Origin: a virus
Taxonomy: Duplodnaviria; Caudoviricetes
IMG/VR virus record: IMGVR_UViG_2593339199_000003
Span: 32,001-96,000 of that record
DNA length: 64,000 bases
Reading direction: 5' to 3' (one strand)
The position numbers and the translations under genes are program-made. The notes beneath the pieces are model-generated. The model did not search any database. It saw only the letters and a list, made by a program, of their open reading frames with translations, and had not been told where the DNA came from. Shown here one piece after another: positions 49,201 to 58,600 of the stretch; position 1 is the first letter of the stretch, and every line of letters begins with the position of its first letter.

Positions 49201-52200
49201 GTCTTGTCGTACAGGCTAATGTTGATACCGTCCTCGTCGCCCTTGCCGATTCCGAAGAAATTGCCGAGCTTGTTCCAGAAGCTGTTCTCCTGGAAGCGCA
49301 GCAGACCGGTCGTCTTGTAAATGTTCTGCGTGATCTCATTGCGCTGCCGATCCTCAAAGGCGCCGTTGAAATTGATCGCAAGGTGACTGACTGGCGGCCC
49401 CGGCATGCCGAAGTGCATGATGCCGAGTGAGTGCTGCTGGTAATCCGCATTGCTGAACTGCGTCTTGAGGTCCCCCCAGAAGCCGGTGTGGTCCGTCAGG
49501 ATCTCATCGAGGATCTCAGTCGGTTCCTTCTTGCTGAACACCCAGCCGCGGGTCGTATCGCCCGGAGAGGCTTTCAGTTTGTGCGTCAACTCGATGCCGT
49601 CGTCCTGGCAGACGGCTGTGATTGTTTCGCCGTTGTTTTGCAGCTGCGTGATGACGCCGTTCATCATCGTCGGCATGTTGATGGCGTTGGATCCATACCC
49701 CATTCGGAAGTGAACGCGGGCGCCGGTGCGCAAATAGATCGAATTGTACCAGTTCGGATTACGACCGCGGCGCGCCTTCTCTGCTTCACGCGCGAGCGAA
49801 GCGGGATTGAACATGAGCTGCACGATATCCCAGCCGTTCGTGTTCGTCAGGTCAAAGCTTTTAGCCGCGTCATCCAGCGAACCGAAGACGTTCGACATCT
49901 CGAGCACCAGCGTGCTGGAGGCTGTCTTTCGGCTGTTCGTATACATGATATCCATGACAGCCCGGTAATTGAAGTAGTTGTCGGACATCTTGGTCGCCGC
50001 TACGAATTGCCCCTCATCAATGAAGAACAGCAGGAACGTCGGGAACGCCCTCACCAGCCGGCCGCGGCGGTCGTACTTGCGCATATCATGAAAGCTCTCG
50101 CGGAAGGTCACGTCCATATCGGCGTAATCTTCCTCCGTCAGGTTGCTCTCCTGGAACTGCGCTGTGTCACTCGTGGCGCTTGCCGTTTTGTAGTCGGCCA
50201 CCGGCAGCGTACTGTATTTCTCCGTGAGCTGCGCTTCGGTCCACCTGCCGATCTTGTCCACCTTGCTGAGCACTGTCTTGATCAGATTGACGATCAAGTA
50301 CGGCATCTTCTTGTTGCTGTTCAGCAGTAGATTGTATTCCCGCTCGTAGCCGAGATACATGGCGATCGCGCCGACCCAGATAGCCTTTTGCTTCTGTGTG
50401 CTCGTCAGGCCGAACGTCGTATAGATGTTGTCTCCGACCAGATTGACGCCGGCGACAATATCCAGGTAATGCTGCATCAGTTTACATCCTTGCTCAACGT
50501 TGTACTCGATGTTGCGTGCAAGGCTGTTCGGATCCCCCATGAGCGGGCTGACGCGCATGACGCCGATGAATGATGCCTCCCGGATGAAGTTCTCATCCTT
50601 GAAGTAGCGCAGGTCATGCATCTGTAGGATCGGCACAGACGCTGTGGTCACTTCGATATTGCCGAGCTCTTTATTCGCTCCGGGCCCGACCGTGTAGAAC
50701 TGGCGCATCTGCGGATCAAACGTTTTGGCCAGCGCCAGCATCAGCACTTGATCCACGCGAGAGACGGTATTGTCGGACTGCGCGTTGGCCACGTCCTGCG
50801 ATTTCTTTCGAATCAGCGTCTCGATGTCTTGAACGGACAAGTTTACGGTATCGACTGAGCTCGGTGTTTGCGTGGACGCGACGGGCGACGGCGTGGTCTG
50901 CTGCTTCGCTGCAATGTCATCCGTGACTACTTGGCCAGGCTCGACGCTTCCCGGCACGACCGAGGCCGATCCATTCATGGAGTCCCGCCACTCCGATGGC
51001 GTCGTCGAGTTGGCGTTCATGTACTGATCGAGTTCTTCCCCATAATCGATCGGGTCATTGTAGATCAGGAAGAAGTCAGGATCGACGTAGACGCCATTGT
51101 TTAGATTCGGGATTACGAAGCCGGCATCCGCCACCTCTTTGTACGTCGGCAATTCGAGGTCTGGATAGAGCTCGACATTCTTCATGAGTTCCTTGACCTT
51201 TGATTCGTAGATCGCCCGCTTCTGGAAGTCTTGGTCGCTCGTCCAGTCGGCGAGGCCGGCAAACTGCAGCCAGTCCCGTGAAGCAGGATCATCAAACGGA
51301 TTCCACCAGGCGTAGTTACTGAGCTCGAACGGGATCGTCTTGTTATTCGCCGAATCGTAAAGCATCTGCGTTTCTTCCAGGCGCTTGGCTGCCCGGTTGA
51401 AAGCGGAGAGCGTCAGCGTGATTTCATGCACGCCGGGCTGCCCTTCAACCGTGCTGGACACCATGTCTTCAATGACGACATACGTACAGCCAAACAATCG
51501 GGTAAGCTGATGGTCGAACTCGATAAAGCCATTCGACAGCACCGAATGATATTCCCGATTCAGATACGTAGAACGGCGAACCAGATTCTCCAAGCTTCCA
51601 AGGGCTTCTGGATCATCGGCTTTGAAACGCGCAACATATACGGCATCTTGCGATCCTAAGTATTGATGGGTTGGCGATTCATGCATCTGAATCTGGGTCG
51701 GCGTGATGATATTCTGGTAGCCGACGCTCAGCTCCTGCAGGTACAGGCCGGGGATATCCCAATTGTCCATTCGAAACTCATTCGTCTGCAGCAACTTATA
51801 AATATCATCGCCGTACATCTTGTCGATCTCGCTGTCAAACATGACCTGCTTGGCTTCATCATAGAAGCCGTGTGGCACGCCATCCTCATCCTTGCCTAAT
51901 GGCTTTGGCACTGGGAAGATACCGCCGATCCAGGTCCAGTCTTCTTCATCGAAGCCGGCCTTGTCGGTTTTGTCATCCATCCATAGCTTGATCAGCTTGT
52001 CGCGCTTGTCCTTCCAGTCCTTCATCGCTTCCAGGTCTTCTTCTGCGGCAATACGAAACATGTATTCATTATGCAGGTCGATCTGCAGTGGCTCATAGAA
52101 GACAAGGTTTCGTTTTGGATTCGGCTCCAAGCTGCGACGATAATGCCAGCGAAACAGCGGCCAGTTGAACATCTCCTCGTAGCTGCGCTCCGACTGGTCG

Positions 52201-52631
52201 AAGATGTAGGAGAACGGATTGAACGCGTACATCTGAACCTGCGCCATGAGGCAACCGGGGAAGCCATCAACCGTCTGCACAGAGATCGATGAGATTGTGA
52301 CAGCCTCTACCTGATACGTGTCGTTCAGGAGCATGTTCGTGACAGGCAGGAATGGACACTTGCGGACCTGTGCCAGAAGCGGACGCAGCTCATTGTTGAT
52401 GCTCTGCAGGCCCGGGAAGAACAGATTCAGTTCAATAATATGGTCAAAGTGCCCGGCCGATTTCACCATACTGCTACGGCTGCGGAGCACATTGACCTTT
52501 TCGTTTTTCATTCGCTTGGTTACGGTGATTGCGGTCGGGGGCACATAATACTGTGAATCCCCGATGCGCAAATGATGATCCCGTAACGCCCCATAAAGGG
52601 CGTCACGGTCATCCACTCCGATCGTAGACAT
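46233..52631 (-). CDS. Giant baseplate hub / tail-associated lysin (GH73 glucosaminidase, M15-like peptidase, degenerate SLT-like domain)
   Basis: AAHAAWETGWG..NNLFGYGA.D..YASD..W; VTSTYR..SWH..G.AVDI..HVHL; hub-like RMGYGS....MMNGVI..L. Confidence 0.8.
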   Translation of the reverse strand: MSTIGVDDRDALYGALRDHHLRIGDSQYYVPPTAITVTKRMKNEKVNVLRSRSSMVKSAGHFDHIIELNLFFPGLQSINNELRPLLAQVRKCPFLPVTNMLLNDTYQVEAVTISSISVQTVDGFPGCLMAQVQMYAFNPFSYIFDQSERSYEEMFNWPLFRWHYRRSLEPNPKRNLVFYEPLQIDLHNEYMFRIAAEEDLEAMKDWKDKRDKLIKLWMDDKTDKAGFDEEDWTWIGGIFPVPKPLGKDEDGVPHGFYDEAKQVMFDSEIDKMYGDDIYKLLQTNEFRMDNWDIPGLYLQELSVGYQNIITPTQIQMHESPTHQYLGSQDAVYVARFKADDPEALGSLENLVRRSTYLNREYHSVLSNGFIEFDHQLTRLFGCTYVVIEDMVSSTVEGQPGVHEITLTLSAFNRAAKRLEETQMLYDSANNKTIPFELSNYAWWNPFDDPASRDWLQFAGLADWTSDQDFQKRAIYESKVKELMKNVELYPDLELPTYKEVADAGFVIPNLNNGVYVDPDFFLIYNDPIDYGEELDQYMNANSTTPSEWRDSMNGSASVVPGSVEPGQVVTDDIAAKQQTTPSPVASTQTPSSVDTVNLSVQDIETLIRKKSQDVANAQSDNTVSRVDQVLMLALAKTFDPQMRQFYTVGPGANKELGNIEVTTASVPILQMHDLRYFKDENFIREASFIGVMRVSPLMGDPNSLARNIEYNVEQGCKLMQHYLDIVAGVNLVGDNIYTTFGLTSTQKQKAIWVGAIAMYLGYEREYNLLLNSNKKMPYLIVNLIKTVLSKVDKIGRWTEAQLTEKYSTLPVADYKTASATSDTAQFQESNLTEEDYADMDVTFRESFHDMRKYDRRGRLVRAFPTFLLFFIDEGQFVAATKMSDNYFNYRAVMDIMYTNSRKTASSTLVLEMSNVFGSLDDAAKSFDLTNTNGWDIVQLMFNPASLAREAEKARRGRNPNWYNSIYLRTGARVHFRMGYGSNAINMPTMMNGVITQLQNNGETITAVCQDDGIELTHKLKASPGDTTRGWVFSKKEPTEILDEILTDHTGFWGDLKTQFSNADYQQHSLGIMHFGMPGPPVSHLAINFNGAFEDRQRNEITQNIYKTTGLLRFQENSFWNKLGNFFGIGKGDEDGINISLYDKTVWDVLNICAAVGEDFIVAVHPYDFRNTIFMGKPYFPIAYAYDVAGGKSMQDTNLASYDIQAVSKPFRQYHIYDSWTSIVENQIIATTENMYTVAVGVYSNEGNLDTTQAIYVDTNIWPEMQRTVQIDTQLNAQGIRLIENIPIIGHFLNKLPKWYFDEWTAIKIAAAGLRDYVKQMYDGYLTVMGDPSVKPYDICYFNDTFNNMSGPIEVREVNHLLNFETGYITMIKPDAVVVNSDRHVMTMLQGLTHTAAYMIMSYTLRAVLRNMGYKGAFPVMNAIWSVVKRRYEAMKGKFDATKVGSKLMEWTTAAGEELSKPRTIETKNYRVEIDPVTKEVRRYDPVTDEMKNRWTKSGILKDMASKIENFTEKDAQALFDNLYEALYDKRFKGYNKIDAAKLAKLKTGASKMMATGFKVTAKAGRWGKRGWEMATGALAIFGGPVGIAAYLIETAVVEIACACISEFIERFLFTRKSCIIAVLRRDGIEFSAGINGHMGSVIGDSPDFWQRFLTNDVVGGVLAGFLGADTSQYAPIASDDDLSMQASGSSVDFSQFASSFFEKHRYKVIADTQAAEVYNFEVGEATKQLQGQVARQEADFNRKPTYEEDRTLLTSDDLTSSLGGSDSSGGSGYAAGTSFDTMDLNQPSGISADAIDAAFEGTGLAGLGKYFKQLEISIPSAPSPLALQGDGAGSARVMSGLYLAAHAAWETGWGTSRIFKDKNNLFGYGAVDSNPYDGAYTFATPQDCIYYAANKIKTNYLTAGGKYYNGSTLVGMNIKYASDKNWHNGIAQIMAKIAKHDPNFLPPTPDAPKASSGTNGTSAEVPTTTGSAGMKQYSLTPEQAKSVLVSTTKVTSVNFYEPIMQAPLIRQASADLLQQLGAVYTAKSGGKKLMVTSTYRKPDGSLSWHNTGFAVDIDTPDMKVVAGKLRFTNSADRDMVEMVIDLAVQAGFDGILHADDDLLNQMRKKYPKNTFTTRADHYNHVHLHYPTK

Positions 52632-52644
52632 AGGCTCTCATCTC

Positions 52645-55600
52645 CTACGAGTATTGCTGGACTTTATCTCGATACCAGATACGATTCAGCCTGTTGGCGT
52701 TATCGGATTGGTTCACGGACATGTTAATCTTCCCGCCGTTATACCCGGATCGCTGCATAGCTTGTCCGAGCATCGGGCCAAAGTTCTGCGACCCGCTCCC
52801 CTGCGCGGAAATCTTAATATTAGCGCCGGAGTTGCCGGCATCAATCGGGGCCATTGCGGGAGCTGGTGTTCCGCCATATAGGGCTGCTGCATCTGCTCTC
52901 GCTTCAGTTTCAGACTCGGGATTGTAAGGCATTACAGGATCTTTATCATTAAATGTATTGTACCCCATTATACCTGCAAGCGCTAGACCTCCGATGAGCG
53001 CCGCCTTTTTATTTCTGGGCCCGTTCTTACCGTTAAAGAACTTGTCCATCGCCCCCGAAATCTTCTCGTAGGCCTTCGGGCCGAGCATCCCGCCGGTGCC
53101 GTCTTCGATCATCTCGGCAATGGTGCCGGCCGGTCCCTCAAGACGCTTGGTCATCGGCGAGGAGCTAAATGGCTCCAGCGGATTCACCTTGCGGTATTCG
53201 GGCGTCAGGCTCGGTTGTTGCGGCCTGTCGATCGTCATTCCGCCTTCGCTACGCAGGATGTCTTGCAACGGATTCAGGAATGGATTCGCCGTCGTGGCGT
53301 TCGGGTTGCGCCCCATAATCGTGTCTACGATTTCCTCCAGGCTGTGATCGCCCAGTCTCATGCCTTGGCTCGTGCCGGCCCGCAGCTCCGGATTGTCCAT
53401 CCCCTTCTTCATAACATCGAGCGCGCGGGTTAGGTGCCCCATCGCCAGTTTCAGGTTGTCTCCGAATTGACCATTGAAGTATTTGTTGTCCACCTCGATG
53501 GCCTGCTTCGTATTTCCTCGCTCAATGGCACTCAATAGATCGGCAGCGCCTGACTTCGTAAATAACCCCTGGCCGGTGCCGTGCTTGGAGGAGATCGTTA
53601 AGTCTTGCTCCAGGCCTTGCCCCAGTTTATAGATCTGCCCTTTGACTTCGGGGCTATCGGCGTAGAAGGTGTCCGCAACCTGACGCATCCGATAGTTGAG
53701 GTCCGATGCGCGGCCGATGAACTCCTTACCGGATTTCGCCATGATCTCCGGCAGCTGATTGGCCTCAAACCGATCCACGGACTCAAGGCCTTTCTCTTTT
53801 CCGCTTCGGACATTGTAATCCTCGAAGATGCTTTTCAACGAGAACTCTCGAGAGCTATCAAGCTTGAGTTCGCCCTCGTTAAGCGCCTGCTCATACGTCA
53901 TCGAGTTATTAAGCGCATTCTGGTAAGCCTGCTCGTGACGGGCCGCTCTTACCTCCCGCTGCTCAGCATGATTACGGGCCAGCTCCTCTTGCACGCCCTG
54001 ATCGTGAATTGCGACGATGTGGTTGTAGTCACCGTCTGAGTCTTCCTTCAGCAAGGATGCAAGCAAAGACGTCGTATTATGGAAGCCGGCAGGCACTGAT
54101 GGATCCATCTTAATTTTGACAGACTGGATGGCGTTCTCCGTAAAGGTTGGAAAGCGCAGGTCCGGCGCATAGAAATCTTTCTGAAGCGCTGGATTATGAA
54201 GTGCGCCTTCATTGCCGCCGAGCAGGTGCTCATAAATCCCCATCGTCTTCGCTTCGTTCGGGTTAATGAAGACCGTTTCACCATCGAGCCGCATCGATTC
54301 TTCGATCGGCATGACCTTTGCAAGGCCGCTGGAGGATGTCGGCATATTCACCTTCAGTACGCTGTTACCCGTTTGATCACTGGATGCCGTCACGGCAGAT
54401 ACGGTTCCTGCGAAGTATTTGCCCAGGCTTCGATTCAAGCCCTGCATGGCCTTCACTTGCGCTGATTCGCCGTCCGCCTTGGTTACCGCCTCGGCGCGCC
54501 GATAGATGTCTGCAATGTGGCGCCGCATATCACGCAGCCAGATTTCTTCCCCTTTGCCGTCCGTCTTCGTGAACGGGATGAAGACCCGATCCATTTTACG
54601 GCCTTCCACTTCCGGCAGTATGGCTTCTTTCTGCCCGTTCACATGAATGTTCGGGAGCTCCATCCAGAAGCCATGGTAGTCATTTTCACCGACCAGCTTC
54701 CGGACGTGTTCGTCATCCAGAATCGTGCGTGAGATCGTCGTGAGGTTCGTGTCCAACGTCGGCAGCGCATGGAAGTCGTGGAGGCGCAGCGTCCGGTTTT
54801 CGAAGTCAGGATCGAATCCTGGCCCTTCAACAGCACCGCGCAAAGCATTGACCATGCCGATCGCTTCCTGCAGCCGGCCGGTTTCTTTCGACTGATCGAC
54901 AAGGTAACGGAACATGTGCTCCCTGGTCTTGTCGAGCCCTTTGACTTGCAGCATGCCTAGTTCACGGAAGCCGTACTTGACGCCCTTCACATCGCCGCCT
55001 TCTTTATAGGCCACGTCGATCAAATTGCCGTTGTCATCCACATTGTACTTAAGGACGGCTCGGCGCTGCTCATCAACGACGGTCGAATAGTTTTGCACCT
55101 GCGCGATCCGCATAGCCTGCACACCTGTGATGTAGCCGGCGCTATTGGATTCGGCAAGCCCAAGCCCGAATCGATCGTTCAACTTTCCGTAGAGCCGACC
55201 GAAGTTTCGGTAGTCCATACGCTTGTATTTCGCACTCACGTCATCGAACAGCAGCTCGCCATTCTTGTACGATGCATTCACGCCGATCCGGCCCTGGTTG
55301 ATCATCCGCATCGCTTCTTGGATATCTGCCTCATTAAGCACGTTCTCTTTTATCGCGTTCTGCATGGTGTACATCAGCTTGTTGGCCTGACCGCGCAGCG
55401 CGCCACCAAGGTCACCGTGCTTGCCGATATTCGGGTTGTAGACGACACCGACGTTTTCTTCGCCGAACAGCTCCTTCAAGAACTCGGATCCGTAGCCGTA
55501 TTGGCCGTTGTGCATGTTGCCGCCGATCGTGCCCTTCTCGATATCGAGGTAGACCTTGTTGGCCTGCTCGGTATATTCAATGGCAAAGGCGTTGTCGGTT

Positions 55601-58600
55601 GATCTTGCCGATGCGATCCGGCCGGCATACTTCTGATCATAGAATACGGACTGCCGTTGCCCGTCAACGATGCGGGTACCCAACCGGTCTCCCGGGCTGA
55701 TCACCATGTCTCGCCGGAGCTGCCCGTCAGCATCCAGGTACTTGCCATCCCACTTGATCTCATCGCCTCGGTAATACTTGTAGTTCTTCGTCTGCAGGCG
55801 ATTAACGAGATCCTTGTTAAAGATCATCTGCTGTTCGTAGACGTTCGGCTTCCGGAGTACATTAACGCTTCCGTCCGCCCGTAGTATCCCTTCTTCTGTC
55901 AAGATACGACGTATGTTATCGTCGCCCTGCGCCTGCGCGATCAAGTCATCTACCCGGCGGGTAACATCTGCCTGGTTGGCCATGACAGTATTCACGTAGA
56001 CCTCCGGCTTGTACGGATAGAGCTTACTGTGCTGCCGCTGAACAGCCGTTGATACCATGTGGTTGGTCGAAGCCACGCCTTCTGCCTCTTTCAAGGAAGC
56101 TTCCAAGTCCTTGTCGATCCGGTAGCTGTTCATCGCCTGAACGGAGTTGTCTCGATTCTGTACCGTGAAATGGCCGTAGGCGAATAGATTTCGAGCATCT
56201 ATGGAGCCGATGCCGCCCCTTGCTACGACGTCTGCTTTAGCCGAGGAGTAGAAGCCCCGTCCGAAGCCGTTCTTCTCCAGCCACTCCGGCATGTCGCGAC
56301 GGATCATAAACTTGGCTTCGTCATGCAGGTCATCCAGTTTGACGAATGGAATCAACTGTTTCTTGCCGGCATTCAGAATCACGTCCGTATTTCGGAAGCT
56401 CCGGTCGGTCAACGTGCCGTCTTCATAATACTGCTGAATCATCGCGGCTGCCGGATACTTGAGGCCCTGCTTGAGCAAGTCGGCTTCTGTATTCGTGACG
56501 AGCAGGTTCTCGTTAAAGTCCCGCTTCACGCCGGAGAGCTCGCTGACAAAGTTGTTCATGAGTCGGCGGGCCGAGGCCGTGGCCTCCGATAGCTCCCCAT
56601 CCTTCAGCTGCTGCGCCATCGTATTGATGTTCCATTCCGATCTGTGATCGAGCAGGCGCGGATCCGCCAGCATATGCCCCATCTTCTCCACGGTGGAAAT
56701 CTCACTATTCACGCCGTTGACGCGGATGATATCGCGTGTGGCATTGAAATGTCGGTTGCCGTAGACCAGCGTGCCCTGCTGATTAATCAGCGGTACCGTG
56801 AACTCGAACGCTTTCGGATGCGCCTCCGATGCGCCGCCGGCCATATGGCGAAGCACGCTTGCACTGTCATCTGGATGGAACATTGTGATGAAGGCTTGGG
56901 TCGCCTCCGGATTCATCGAGAGCGCCATGTTCAAGCTTGGATTCATCTTCTTCAACGTGCCCATCATACCTTCGATGGCCTGGCGATTATTCGGATTCAT
57001 CCCCGTGAACTTGTGCTGACGATCCAGCTTAGCGAACATATCGCCGATATCTGTCCCTGGCCCCGGGATAAAGCCGTTATTTAAGAGGTAGCCGCGCATA
57101 CCTTGCGTCTGCTTGATGGCCGATTTCACCAGTTGCTGGCCCGCTTGTTTGGAAATCCTCTCCACGGATTCCCGGCGCCCCAGCGACTCCTCTGTAATGC
57201 GGCGAATCGTCAAGTGCTGTTGCTCCATCAGATCAAGTGCCAGCTGCTCAATCGATGCCGGGATCGTCAGCTTGCGATCATGAATCCCGGTGATAGCGCC
57301 CTGCACATAATCGTCGTCGATGATGCCAGATCCCTTCAGCGAGGAAAGCAGGATCTTAAAGCGCTCGGCCCGCTCCACAGCTTTCTCTGTCTCTGCCAAG
57401 TCTCCTGTCCCTTTGAAAACATAGCTTCGGAATGAATTGATGGCATTGTTGGCATTCTGTAGCGACACGCTGACGCTCTTGCCGGTTAGGCGGTCACGGA
57501 ACTGGAAGCCATTCTGCTCGTAAGGAAGCGAGGCACGAACGGTTTTATGCTGGCCGGCCGATTCATTCACGCGCTCATGAAAGAGTGACCAGGCAATGTT
57601 TTTCTGCTCGGCTTCCATGCCGGAAGCGTCGATGGCCTCGATGGCGCCTTGGTACAGCGAGTGCTCGGACATGAGGCGCGGGAGCATCTTCCAGAATGCC
57701 TTCTCCTCGTCCGGATTGTAGACGAAGGACTTGCTCGTGCCATCCCATAGGGAATTGAAGTTCATCATGCCCTTCATTTCATCGCGGCTGATACGCTGCT
57801 TGAGCAGGCGGCCGATGATCTTTTCGCGTGCCTGATCGTATTGCTCTGGCGTCCAGGAGCGCATGAACTGCCCGTTCTTCATCGTCAGCTCGTCCAGCTT
57901 GCGGGAGGCCTCTGCCTCGATTGCGCTCCAGCGGCCGGAAGTAAACTTATTGTAGACTGCGGCATTGGCGTACATCCGCTTAGCGGCATCGAAGCCGGCG
58001 GTCGATTTCTTGTCGAGACTGAACAAGCTTTCGTACCGGCGGCGCCCGAGGTCAGACTCACGCAAGTGCTGGATCTGCTTGCGCATCTTCTTACTAATGT
58101 TGCTCATCGGCGTGAAGCTGCGATGATAGAAGTCGGCAATCTCATAGGCGGCATTCTCGCCCTCACGGACAACAAACGAACGGAGCTGCGGATTGTCCTG
58201 GTTCACGAACTCAATCGCCCATTTCGGGACACCACCAGAAGACAAATCGCGAACGCCAGCCACCCGGTAGAAGGACTCGGCATTGATGACGTTCTGGTTA
58301 AAGCCCGGACGGAAGATCTTATAGGAGCCGTCTTCCGTAAGCTCCGCTTGATAATCCAGCTGGCTGCCCTTGTAGTTGCGCACGCCGCGCGTGGCAAACA
58401 GCAGATCGCTCGTCGTGAGCGGCTTATTGCTGTGCATGAGATAAGGCGTTCTCTGCCCCAGCTGCCTTGGCTTGTAGTCGGCCTTGACCTCCGTGGATCC
58501 AAGCAGATCGTCAACGTAATTCCAGGTGTTCGCGACAAGTCCGCCGACCCCATTCATGCCGGTATCGAAGCTTGCGGAGTGGGAGCCTGCTGTGCTCATG

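Noticed and set aside
44087-52631. Tailocin, eCIS or T6SS instead of a phage
   Set aside because: The linked primase, helicase and SSAP and the RNAP-like gene argue for a replicating phage; not formally excluded without the head genes
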